DNA of 50,961 nt, taken from positions 1-50,961 of the forward strand of contig CAZTCB010000005.1 in assembly GCA_964612455.1 (NCBI GenBank), in the 5' to 3' direction. Below are positions 7,284-16,180 of the stretch, one piece after another. The notes under the pieces were generated by a model. The model did no database searches, was not told where the DNA came from, and saw only the letters and a list, made by a program, of their open reading frames with translations. The translations under genes were made by a program, and so were the position numbers. Origin of the DNA: an uncultured Subdoligranulum sp. GTDB lineage: Bacteria > Bacillota > Clostridia > Christensenellales > CAG-314. Numbering within the stretch: position 1 is the stretch's first letter; every line of letters starts with the position of its first letter.

Positions 7284-8387
7284 ATGAAATTGATTTGCGA
7301 AGGTATAGATTTAAGCGACGCTATAAATAAAGCAAGCAGAGCACTGCCTGCCAAAGCCGTCAATCCCGTACTCGAAGGAGTTTTTTTAACCGCTAAGGGA
7401 AACACTCTCACCGTGTACGCGTCGGATACCGAAATATCTATAAAGAAAACGATAAACGCCGATATCATAGAAGAAGGGACGGCACTTTTGCCGGGTAGAT
7501 TTTTCGGTGAATATATGCGTAAACTATCCGACCAACAGGTAGAGTTGTTTACAAACGAAAAAAATCAGCTACGTATCAAATACGGCGACAGCGAAGGATT
7601 CGTGCAGTTGCTCGACAAGACGGAATATCCTTTCGCCGAGCAAGAAAAAGGCGATTATAAAGTAACGATTTTACAAAAAGACATTAAAGACGCGATAGAA
7701 AAAACGATATTTTCAGTCGCTCAGGACGACACCCGTCCCGTATTAAAAGGCTGTTTAATGGAGCTTGACGGCAAAAGAATGACTATGGTCGCGCTTGACG
7801 GGTATCGCCTTGCTTTAATAAAAAAACCGTTAACGGAAGAAATAGCGGCAAAAAACGTCATCGTACCCGCAAGGAGTCTTTACGAGGCGTCGAGATTAAT
7901 GGACAGTCAGGATAAACAAGCCGAAATATACGTAACCGGCAAGAGAATAGTTTTTGACTTGCAGGACGCTGAGGTTACCGCGCATCTAATCAACGGCGAG
8001 TTTGTCAACTATCGCCAGATTTTACCGGACAACTACGTCACCAACGTAACGGTAAATAAAAAACTGTTTGAAGAGAGCCTTGACAGAGCGGGATTGGCAA
8101 GCCGTCAGGAAAAAAACAATCTCATTAAACTCGAAGTAAAAGAAAAAGTAATAACGATAAGCGCAACGTCCGAGTTAAGCAACGTAAAAGAAAACCTTGC
8201 GATAAACCTCAAAGGTAAAGATATTACCATTGCGTTTAACGCAAAGTATCTCGCCGATTGCTTGAGGGTGATGGAAAACGAGTTTATAAAAATCAATTTC
8301 ACCTCATCGGTTTCGAGCGCAACCATTACCCCGTGTGAATCGGACGATTGCCTATATCTCGTGTTGCCCGTCAGACTCGTAGGATAA
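7284..8387 (+). CDS. dnaN: DNA polymerase III beta sliding clamp
   Basis: Starts MKLICEG... 7 nt after AGGAGG (7271-7276). The ORF-track start at 7101 is an upstream extension. Typical DnaN N-terminus and length (367 aa). Confidence 0.96.
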   Translation: MKLICEGIDLSDAINKASRALPAKAVNPVLEGVFLTAKGNTLTVYASDTEISIKKTINADIIEEGTALLPGRFFGEYMRKLSDQQVELFTNEKNQLRIKYGDSEGFVQLLDKTEYPFAEQEKGDYKVTILQKDIKDAIEKTIFSVAQDDTRPVLKGCLMELDGKRMTMVALDGYRLALIKKPLTEEIAAKNVIVPARSLYEASRLMDSQDKQAEIYVTGKRIVFDLQDAEVTAHLINGEFVNYRQILPDNYVTNVTVNKKLFEESLDRAGLASRQEKNNLIKLEVKEKVITISATSELSNVKENLAINLKGKDITIAFNAKYLADCLRVMENEFIKINFTSSVSSATITPCESDDCLYLVLPVRLVG

Positions 8388-8410
8388 AAAAAGAAAAACA
8401 AGCAAAATAA

Positions 8411-8439
8411 TTGACAAAAGCAAACAAAAACACTATAAT
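8411..8439 (+). promoter_or_regulatory. Consensus sigma-A promoter of rpmH
   Basis: TTGACA 8411-8416, 17-nt spacer, TATAAT 8434-8439. Confidence 0.8.
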
Positions 8440-8481
8440 GTTTCAGCTATACGTTTTAAGTAAAATACAAGGAGTAAAAAT

Positions 8482-8616
8482 ATGAAAAGAACTTATCAAC
8501 CTAAAAAAAGACAACGCAACAAAGTGCATGGATTCAGAAAGAGAATGTCCACTACCAGCGGAAGGAGAACTTTGGCTCGCAGACGCAACAAGGGACGTAA
8601 AAAACTTTCGGCGTAA
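8482..8616 (+). CDS. rpmH: 50S ribosomal protein L34
   Basis: 44 aa: [44 protein letters not shown]. Below the ORF-track size cutoff, translated by hand. SD GGAG upstream. Confidence 0.95.
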   Translation: MKRTYQPKKRQRNKVHGFRKRMSTTSGRRTLARRRNKGRKKLSA

Positions 8617-8619
8617 AGC

Positions 8620-8943
8620 GTGAAAAGGATATATCGCTTAAAAAGCAATCTGCAATATAAAGCGGTTTACAAAAAAGGAGCGGTAGTACAAAACAAGACA
8701 CTGACTCTTATATTTGTAAAAAACAACAACAACGTCGCAAAATTCGGATTTAATATTTCGGGAAAGTACGGCAAAGCGGTCAAGCGAAACAAACTCCGCA
8801 GACAATTGAAAGCAATATGCTCGGAGTTTGCCGCTTTTACCCGTGCCGGGCATTACGTTTTACGGCCTCGTTTTTCAGCAAGCGAAGCGCCGACTTTTGA
8901 AGTATTAAAAAACAGCGTGACGGAGTTGTTTGGGCGGATATAA
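8620..8943 (+). CDS. rnpA: RNase P protein component
   Basis: GTG start 3 nt after rpmH. Basic 107-aa protein in the conserved position after rpmH. Confidence 0.88.
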   Translation: MKRIYRLKSNLQYKAVYKKGAVVQNKTLTLIFVKNNNNVAKFGFNISGKYGKAVKRNKLRRQLKAICSEFAAFTRAGHYVLRPRFSASEAPTFEVLKNSVTELFGRI

Positions 8944-8944
8944 A

Positions 8945-9187
8945 ATGAAGTATATTTGTATCGCTTTGTTAAAACTTTATAAAGCGACGATAAGTAAAAT
9001 AAAACCAAAAACCTGTCGTTTTCAGCCGTCGTGTTCGGTATACTCGATGGAGAGTTTTTATAATCACGGATTTATAAAGGGGTTTTGGTTAACGGTAAAA
9101 AGACTCTTAAGGTGCAATCCGTTGTCGAAAGGCGGTTTGGATCCGACACCGTACAACTACAAGGGAGTTATTAAATGGTCAATTTAA
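8945..9187 (+). CDS. yidD: Membrane protein insertion efficiency factor YidD
   Basis: Motif CRFQPSCSVYSMES...NPLSKGGLDP. Start taken at MKYICI (the ORF-track start 8930 overlaps rnpA). Confidence 0.85.
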   Translation: MKYICIALLKLYKATISKIKPKTCRFQPSCSVYSMESFYNHGFIKGFWLTVKRLLRCNPLSKGGLDPTPYNYKGVIKWSI

Positions 9188-10497
9188 CGCAATTAATGAG
9201 CGTAGGTATGGACGCGGTAGTCACCACTCTTGAAAACTGGGGCGTTACCGGGCTGAATATCGATTTTGATTTTCAGGCGTCGGCAAACCTTATTTCAAAG
9301 TTGTTGATGTGGATATACGGATGGATGGGTAGTTACGGGTGGACGATAGTTTTGTTTACTCTCGTACTCAGACTGATTACGTTGCCTTTGGATTTTTGGC
9401 AAAAACTGTCAATGAAAAAAAACAGTAAGATAATGGAGGAAATAACTCCGTTTATGACGAAAATCGACAAGGCGTACGCGGACAATCCTCAGGCAGCCAA
9501 CGCCGAAAAGCAAAAGATAATGAAAAAATATCGTTACAATCCTTTTGCGTCGTGTTTACCGATGATTGTGACGATGGTTATTTTTATCGTAATGTTCAGC
9601 GGCCTCAACAACTGTAGCAGTGCGCTCAATATCAAGACGTATCAGGATATACAAGAGGCGTATCTGAGAGGATATTACTCCGTGATAACCGACGAAGCGA
9701 CAATAGCCGCACCCGTAACCGACGAAAACGGAGACGTGATAAAAAACGCGGCGGGCGAACCGACGACCTTGAGATATTTCGTAAATTGGAAAAACGAAAA
9801 AACCGACGACAACGCAAACGAATTTAGTGCAGAGGAATTAACCATTTTAAACGCAAGGTACGACGCCGTCACGCAACAAGCGGAAAAAACGGCAAAAAAA
9901 GAGGCGGTACTCAGGTTTAGTAGCAGCGGCGAAGGTTTTTTATGGATAAAGAGTTTGTGGCGCAGCGACAACTGGCAAAAAGTTTTGCCCGCGTCGGTAA
10001 CGAAATTTGCGAGTGCATTGTCGGGTAACACCGACGTGGCGGGGCTGACGAGCGAAAAAATATACGACAGCATATACGAGGCGTATACCAATCCCGAAAG
10101 TTGTTTCGACGTTGACGACGAGATAGAAGCGCAACAATTAAAACAGGTAAAAAAATCTCTCGGTTACGGTAGCGGAATGTGGAACGGTTTACTTATATTG
10201 CCGGCTCTCGCAATAGTGCTTACGTGGCTGACGACTAAAGTTTCCAACAAGAGTCAGGGTACTATGGGTACCGGAGCACAGTTGGAGTCGGCAAAGAGTC
10301 AACAAAAAACGATGACTTTTATAATGCCGATAATGATGGGTATATTTGCGTTGTTTTACTCGGCGGCGTTTGCGCTGTATCTCGTTGCGAGCAATATAAT
10401 CAATCTTTTGCTTAATCTCATCGAGATGCCGCTTGTCGAAAAAATAGCGGGAAAAACAAAAAGCGTAGTAAAAAAAGAAGCAAGTTATAGGAGATAA
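9175..10497 (+). CDS. yidC: YidC/Oxa1-family membrane insertase with an unusually long extracytoplasmic loop
   Basis: Contains LRLITLPL...QKL, FLWIKSLWRSD and a C-terminal basic tail. 440 aa, against my recollection of about 260-aa Firmicute YidC proteins. Confidence 0.88.
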   Translation: MVNLTQLMSVGMDAVVTTLENWGVTGLNIDFDFQASANLISKLLMWIYGWMGSYGWTIVLFTLVLRLITLPLDFWQKLSMKKNSKIMEEITPFMTKIDKAYADNPQAANAEKQKIMKKYRYNPFASCLPMIVTMVIFIVMFSGLNNCSSALNIKTYQDIQEAYLRGYYSVITDEATIAAPVTDENGDVIKNAAGEPTTLRYFVNWKNEKTDDNANEFSAEELTILNARYDAVTQQAEKTAKKEAVLRFSSSGEGFLWIKSLWRSDNWQKVLPASVTKFASALSGNTDVAGLTSEKIYDSIYEAYTNPESCFDVDDEIEAQQLKQVKKSLGYGSGMWNGLLILPALAIVLTWLTTKVSNKSQGTMGTGAQLESAKSQQKTMTFIMPIMMGIFALFYSAAFALYLVASNIINLLLNLIEMPLVEKIAGKTKSVVKKEASYRR

Positions 10498-10498
10498 A

Positions 10499-11236
10499 AT
10501 GGAAAAAATAACAGTTGGCGGTAGGAATTTGCAAGCCGCAATAGCCAACGGACTCGAAAAACTGTCTGCCACTAAAGAAGAAGTAGAGTACGAAGTAATA
10601 ACCGCAGGAGGGTTGTTCAGACAGTGTAAAATCGAGATATGGAAAAAACAAACGGAAGGAGACCGTTACAGAGAATTTTTACAAACGGTACTCGATAAAG
10701 CCGGGTGGAAAGCCAACGTGGTAAAAACAGAAGACGACGATACCGTTTTACTAAACGTCGAAAGCGAAGAAAGCGGCGATATAATAGGTCACAGAGGCGA
10801 CGTGCTCGAGAGTCTCAGGTTTTTGACCGCGGTCACCGCGCGTATAAGAGACGGGCAAAAACAAGTAATCGTAGATTGCAACGATTATCGCGCAAGACGG
10901 GCGAAAACGTTGGAAAAACTCGCGAAAAATCTCGAACAAAAGGTGGTCAGGACGGGTAAAAAATCTCGCCTCGAACCGATGAATTCTTACGAAAGGCGCA
11001 TTATCCACACGACGTTGAAAAACAGTGAAAAGGTCGAAACGCACAGCGAGGGAGCGGAGCCGTTCAGGTACGTCGTCATTCAAAAAAAATATCGCGAAAA
11101 AAACGACGGTTACTCCGCGACGGCAAGAGATTATTCCGACGTTGACGCCGATGAGACGCAGGCGACCGACCGTCCCAAGCGTAAACAGCTCACTTTCGTC
11201 TATCGCACCAAACCGAAAAAGAAGTTTATGAAGTAG
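10499..11236 (+). CDS. jag: Jag/KhpB RNA-binding protein (Jag_N, KH and R3H domains)
   Basis: GHRGDVLESLRFL (KH-like) and MNSYERRIIH (R3H). Conserved position after yidC. Confidence 0.85.
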   Translation: MEKITVGGRNLQAAIANGLEKLSATKEEVEYEVITAGGLFRQCKIEIWKKQTEGDRYREFLQTVLDKAGWKANVVKTEDDDTVLLNVESEESGDIIGHRGDVLESLRFLTAVTARIRDGQKQVIVDCNDYRARRAKTLEKLAKNLEQKVVRTGKKSRLEPMNSYERRIIHTTLKNSEKVETHSEGAEPFRYVVIQKKYREKNDGYSATARDYSDVDADETQATDRPKRKQLTFVYRTKPKKKFMK

Positions 11237-11257
11237 GCGATTTTGCCTACTTTTTTT
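11233..11257 (+). terminator. Short intrinsic terminator overlapping the jag stop codon
   Basis: GTAGGC-gatttt-GCCTAC followed by T7. The stem is only 6 bp. Confidence 0.5.
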
Positions 11258-11285
11258 ATAAAAAAATTTATTTTCGGAGAAAAAA

Positions 11286-12590
11286 ATGCAAGAAAAAATT
11301 TTCGCACTCGCCACGGCAGCGGGAAAAAGCGCGATTGCGGTGATACGTCTTAGCGGAGATGGGACGAAAGAAGAACTAAAAAAAATATTTAAACCTTTTC
11401 CCGTCGCACCAAACGTTTTAAAGCGCGGCGAATTGATTTTGGACGGATTGACAGATACGGCGATGTTGGTGTATTTTGACGCGCCAAAGAGCTACACGGG
11501 TGAAGAAATGGCAGAAATACACCTGCACGGAAACATGCCTCTCGTGAGGTTGCTTTCCGAAAAACTGTTTTCGCTCGGATTCAGGACTGCCGACAACGGA
11601 GAGTTTACCAAGCGCGCTTACGTCAACGGAAAAACCAATCTTGCGGCGGCGGAGGGACTTGCGGACCTCGTCAACGCAGAGAGTTTTGCGGCTTTACGCG
11701 CGGCGGGTATCATCGCGCGCGGCGAATTGGGAAAGAAAGCAGACGAAATTCAATCGGGGCTCACCGATTGTCTTGCGCGGCTCGAGGCGGCGCTCGACTA
11801 CCCAGAGGAGGACCTCGAAGGCGTCGAAATGCCCGAAGTGGAAAAAATACTCGTCGGACAAAAAGAAAAAATAGAAGATTTACTCGGTACCGTAGCACGA
11901 GGAAAAACGGCTAAATACGGCGTACGGGTAGCAATCGTAGGTAACGTAAACGTCGGAAAGAGCAGTTTACTCAATGCGTTGGTAGGGTACGAGCGCGCTA
12001 TCGTTTCGTCGGTACAGGGTACTACGAGAGATACGATAGAAGAAAGCGCGGATATCAACGGAGTAAAGTTTACGTTTGTGGACACCGCGGGGCAAAGAGA
12101 AACGGACGACGAAATAGAGATGCTCGGCGTGCGTCGCGCAAGACAGGCAATGGACGACGCCGACATGATTATTTTCGTTTCGGACGACGATACGCAAAGT
12201 CCCGATTGGTTAAAAAAGACGACGGTGCCCGTGATTTTTGTCAAGAGCAAGGGAGACGTCGACGGGACAAAAAACAACGCCGATATAGTTGTTTCGAGCA
12301 AGACGGGTAAAAATATAGAGGAATTAAAAAAACAGATTTTCGACGTGGCGGGCGGCAGCGACGTGATTGCCGCGCCTATTTTAATAACCAATCGACGTCA
12401 CGAAGAAAGTTTAATCGAGGCGGACGGGTGCATTAAAGAAGCGATATCTTCGATACGCGACGGTGTTACCGCCGACGTGACGGCAGCCGCAATACGCAGG
12501 GCATGGCAATATGTCGGGCAGATTACCGGCAATACCGACGCGCAGATAGTGGTGGACGCGATATTTTCAAAGTTTTGTCTCGGAAAGTGA
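11286..12590 (+). CDS. mnmE: tRNA modification GTPase MnmE
   Basis: G1 motif GNVNVGKSSLLN, DTAG, C-terminal CLGK. Confidence 0.95.
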   Translation: MQEKIFALATAAGKSAIAVIRLSGDGTKEELKKIFKPFPVAPNVLKRGELILDGLTDTAMLVYFDAPKSYTGEEMAEIHLHGNMPLVRLLSEKLFSLGFRTADNGEFTKRAYVNGKTNLAAAEGLADLVNAESFAALRAAGIIARGELGKKADEIQSGLTDCLARLEAALDYPEEDLEGVEMPEVEKILVGQKEKIEDLLGTVARGKTAKYGVRVAIVGNVNVGKSSLLNALVGYERAIVSSVQGTTRDTIEESADINGVKFTFVDTAGQRETDDEIEMLGVRRARQAMDDADMIIFVSDDDTQSPDWLKKTTVPVIFVKSKGDVDGTKNNADIVVSSKTGKNIEELKKQIFDVAGGSDVIAAPILITNRRHEESLIEADGCIKEAISSIRDGVTADVTAAAIRRAWQYVGQITGNTDAQIVVDAIFSKFCLGK

Positions 12591-12647
12591 TATCGCGGGG
12601 CAAAAAAAATACCGAGCACACAAAGTAAAAAAAAAGAAAAAAACGAT

Positions 12648-14519
12648 ATGCAATACGACGACGATTTTATTTTCGATACGATAGTTATAGGAGCGGGGCA
12701 TGCCGGGTGCGAAGCCGCCCTCGCATGCGCTCGGCTCGGTAAAAAAACGCTTTGTCTTGCGACCAATCTCGACACGGTGGCGTACCTTGCCTGCAATCCG
12801 AGTATAGGCGGCACGGCGAAAGGACAGATTGTCAAAGAGATAGACGCGCTGGGCGGAGAGATGGCTGTCAACGCCGACAAAAGTTTGTTGCAACTGAGAA
12901 TGCTCAACCGTTCTAAGGGACCGGCGGTGTATAGTCCGCGCGCACAGGTGGACAAAAACAAATATCACGCCGAAATGAAACGTACTCTCGAGCGCACTCC
13001 GAAACTTTTTTTAAGGCAAGGCGAGGCAAAAACTCTCGAAAAAACCCAAGACGGCGGGTATCGGGTGACGATTGCCAACGGGCAAACGTATTACGGCAGG
13101 ACGGTTACGGTGGCTACGGGCGTGTACCTTAACGGCAAAACGATAACGGGCAGTCTCGAGAAAGAAAGCGGACCAAACGGTTTCGCGTCCGCATGCGGAC
13201 TGACGGACAGTTTGCGTAATCTCGGTTTTGTCGTCAGGCGGTTTAAAACGGGCACACCCGCGCGGGTAAACGCTCGCAGTATAGATTTTGACCGCCTCGA
13301 AAGGCAGGACGGAGATATCGACATGCCGCCGTTTAGTTTTATCGACGATTTTAAAAACACGGCGGGGCAACCGTGCTATCTGACGTGGACCACGGCAAAG
13401 ACGAAAGAGATTATTCTTGCCAACAAAAGCGCGGCGCCGGTGTTCAGCGGCGCGATAAAAGGAGTGGGACCGAGGTATTGTCCGTCGATAGAGGACAAAG
13501 TGGTGCGTTTTGCCGACAAAGAGAGGCATCAGATTTTTTTGGAGCCAGAAGGAGCGGATACCGACGAGTATTACGTACAAGGCGTATCGAGCAGCATGCC
13601 CGCCGACGTGCAGTATCGGATTTATCGCTCGATAGAAGGGTTGGAGAGAGTAGAAATCATGCGTGACGCTTATGCGATAGAGTACGATTGCATAGATTCT
13701 ACCGCGTTGTATCCGTCGCTTATGTCCAAGTCGCACGAAGGGTTGTTTTTTGCGGGGCAAATCAACGGGACGAGCGGATACGAGGAGGCGGCGGGACAAG
13801 GTCTCGTGGCGGGTATCAACGCCGCACGGTACATAGACGGAAAAAAACCGCTTGTTCTTCGCAGAGACGAGGCGTATATAGGCGTACTTATCGACGACCT
13901 CACCACCAAAGGCACGGACGAGCCGTACCGAATGATGACGGGCAGGGCGGAATATCGATTAATATTGCGGCAGGACAACGCCGACGTGAGACTCACGGAA
14001 ATCGGCAGACAAATCGGTCTGGTCGACGACACCCGTTATCAGGTGTTTAAGCAAAAACTTGCTCGTCTCGACAAAGCTCGGGAGATGTTGAACCGCGTTT
14101 TAAAACCGAGCGAAATCAACGGTTTGCTGGAGAAAAAGGGCGAACCGCTCACGGTAACGGGTATACCCGTACGTGCCGTGTTAAAGCGCGCGACCGTTCG
14201 CATTGCGGATTTGGCGGACTGCGGATTGTTTGAAACGTTTTCGCCGGACGTGCTCGAGCAGATAGAAATAGAAGCCAAGTACGAGGGGTATATATCCAAG
14301 GAAAAATCAGCGATAGAGGCTGCCGCCAAGACCGAAAACAAGCCCTTGCCTGCCGACGTAAACTACGACGAGATAAAGGGGCTAAGACTGGAGGCGCGGC
14401 AAAAATTAAACGCGATAAAACCGCTGACGCTCGGACAGGCGGCGCGTATCAGCGGAGTCAGCCCCGCCGACGTGACGGTGCTGGCAATATATCTCGGCGG
14501 GAGGAAAAACGATGAATGA
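12648..14519 (+). CDS. mnmG: tRNA uridine 5-carboxymethylaminomethyl modification enzyme MnmG (GidA)
   Basis: FAD motif IGAGHAGCEAA. 623 aa, conserved throughout. Confidence 0.97.
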   Translation: MQYDDDFIFDTIVIGAGHAGCEAALACARLGKKTLCLATNLDTVAYLACNPSIGGTAKGQIVKEIDALGGEMAVNADKSLLQLRMLNRSKGPAVYSPRAQVDKNKYHAEMKRTLERTPKLFLRQGEAKTLEKTQDGGYRVTIANGQTYYGRTVTVATGVYLNGKTITGSLEKESGPNGFASACGLTDSLRNLGFVVRRFKTGTPARVNARSIDFDRLERQDGDIDMPPFSFIDDFKNTAGQPCYLTWTTAKTKEIILANKSAAPVFSGAIKGVGPRYCPSIEDKVVRFADKERHQIFLEPEGADTDEYYVQGVSSSMPADVQYRIYRSIEGLERVEIMRDAYAIEYDCIDSTALYPSLMSKSHEGLFFAGQINGTSGYEEAAGQGLVAGINAARYIDGKKPLVLRRDEAYIGVLIDDLTTKGTDEPYRMMTGRAEYRLILRQDNADVRLTEIGRQIGLVDDTRYQVFKQKLARLDKAREMLNRVLKPSEINGLLEKKGEPLTVTGIPVRAVLKRATVRIADLADCGLFETFSPDVLEQIEIEAKYEGYISKEKSAIEAAAKTENKPLPADVNYDEIKGLRLEARQKLNAIKPLTLGQAARISGVSPADVTVLAIYLGGRKNDE

Positions 14520-15258
14520 GCGTACCCCGTGTGCCGACAACCGCACGATAAAAACGGAATGGACGCCGTCGGAAGTGACAGAGGTTTTTAAAAAATACGA
14601 GTTGCCGATTACGGAAGAAAAAGCGCAAAAACTGTGCGTTTTCGGCGCTTTTTTGCAAGAAAAAAACGCATCCGTCAACCTGACCGCCATTACCGAAAAG
14701 GGAGAAATTATTTTAAAACATTTCGTCGACAGCGCGAAAGCGGCGCGGTTTATTCCCGAAGGCGCGGATTTGGTCGACGTGGGGTGCGGCGCGGGTTTTC
14801 CTTCCGTCGTGTTAAAAATATTGCGCGACGATGTCACGGTGACGTGCGTCGACTCGGTGGGTAAAAAAACGGAGTTTGTCAGAGAGGTTGCGGCAAGGAC
14901 GGGTGTCGATTGTCGGGTGCTGCATATGCGAGCGGAGGAACTTGCCGAAAAAAATCGCGAGGGTTTTTCGGTCGCCTGTGCCAGAGCGGTCGCACCGCTA
15001 CCGACGTTGCTCGAGTATCTTGCTCCGTTGGTAAAAAAAGGCGGCAAAATAGTTGCCCTCAAGGGAGCGAGCGGCGAGCAGGAAAGGGACGCGGCGAAAC
15101 CCGCGCGAGTCGAGTTTGGGTTGGACGTGCCGATTACCGTGGATTTTTCGCTTGGCGGGGACAGGCGCACGATTTTGGTGTACGAAAAAATCGCATCGAC
15201 GCCGGCAAAGTATCCGAGAGGACAAAACGCACCGCGAAAAGCGCCGATTTTAAAATAA
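14512..15258 (+). CDS. rsmG: 16S rRNA m7G527 methyltransferase RsmG (GidB)
   Basis: SAM motif LVDVGCGAGFP. Overlaps the mnmG stop by 8 nt. Conserved position. Confidence 0.9.
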   Translation: MNERTPCADNRTIKTEWTPSEVTEVFKKYELPITEEKAQKLCVFGAFLQEKNASVNLTAITEKGEIILKHFVDSAKAARFIPEGADLVDVGCGAGFPSVVLKILRDDVTVTCVDSVGKKTEFVREVAARTGVDCRVLHMRAEELAEKNREGFSVACARAVAPLPTLLEYLAPLVKKGGKIVALKGASGEQERDAAKPARVEFGLDVPITVDFSLGGDRRTILVYEKIASTPAKYPRGQNAPRKAPILK

Positions 15259-15292
15259 AACGCGAAAAGCGCCGATTTTTTTTCAATAAAGG

Positions 15293-15321
15293 TTGCTTGT
15301 ATAAAAATTTTGTGCTACAAT
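15293..15321 (+). promoter_or_regulatory. Likely parAB promoter with extended -10
   Basis: TTGCTT 15293-15298, 17-nt spacer ending in TGC, TACAAT 15316-15321. Confidence 0.55.
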
Positions 15322-15409
15322 TTTTTATATAGGTAAAAGAGGCGAATTTCGTCGAAAAAAGAGAAAAAAACAGACGTCGTAAACGTTCGGAAGAAAAAAG
15401 GTAAAGATT

Positions 15410-16180
15410 ATGTCAAAAATTATCGCCATCAGCAATCAAAAAGGCGGGGTAGGCAAGACCACTACCGCCATCAACATGTCGGCTTGCATTGCCGCCACGG
15501 GGAGAAAAGTCCTGCTCGTAGACCTCGATCCGCAAGGCAACGCCACCACGGGTATCGGTATCGACAAGAGCAAGTTGAAAAAGAACATTTACGACGTGCT
15601 CATCGACAACGATACGGTTGCCAACGTCGTGTTGCCCACGCAGGTCGAAAACCTCGATTTGCTGCCGTGCAACAAAGACCTCGTAGGCGCGGAGATACCT
15701 ATGAGCGGGTTTAACAAGAGGGAGTTTGTGTTAAAAACCGCGCTCGAGAGCGTTTCGGACAAATACGACTACGTCTTTATTGATTGTCCGCCGTCCCTCG
15801 GATTGCTTACTCTCAACGCCCTCACGGCGTGCGACGGGGTGATTATACCCATACAAAGCGAGTTTTTCGCACTCGAGGGGCTTAGTCAGCTGATATATAC
15901 CATTCGTCTCGTTACCAAGCGTACCAATCCCGACCTCAAGGTCAAGGGCGTCGTGATGACGATGTACGACAGCCGCAGTATCTTGACGAGACAAGTCACG
16001 GCGGAAATTCAAAAATACTTTGGCGCGGCGGTGTATACGGTACCCGTCCCGCGTAATATCAAGGTTACGGAGGCTCCGAGTTTCGGCGTACCCGTGTCCG
16101 TCCATGCTCCGCGCAGCAGCGGAGCGGTTGCGTACCAGAGGATAACGCAACAGTTTTTAGCGAAAGAGGAGGGTAACTAA
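15410..16180 (+). CDS. parA: Chromosome partitioning ATPase ParA/Soj
   Basis: Deviant Walker A KGGVGKTT. 256 aa. Confidence 0.94.
   Translation: MSKIIAISNQKGGVGKTTTAINMSACIAATGRKVLLVDLDPQGNATTGIGIDKSKLKKNIYDVLIDNDTVANVVLPTQVENLDLLPCNKDLVGAEIPMSGFNKREFVLKTALESVSDKYDYVFIDCPPSLGLLTLNALTACDGVIIPIQSEFFALEGLSQLIYTIRLVTKRTNPDLKVKGVVMTMYDSRSILTRQVTAEIQKYFGAAVYTVPVPRNIKVTEAPSFGVPVSVHAPRSSGAVAYQRITQQFLAKEEGN

Noticed and set aside
13011-13799. Long antisense or alternative-frame ORFs inside mnmG. Similar ones occur at 17416-18222 in metG, 19070-19900 in gltX, 23169-24113 across the RF-like and helicase genes, and 25444-26181.
   Set aside because: All overlap genes with unmistakable conserved motifs on the other strand or frame. 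They show the Arg/Phe/Ser-rich bias of non-coding frames.
15233-15279. A 19-nt direct repeat CGCGAAAAGCGCCGATTTT (15233-15251 and 15261-15279) spanning the rsmG stop codon.
   Set aside because: Only two copies. No stable hairpin (3-bp stem at best) and no associated feature. Most simply a small tandem duplication at the gene end.
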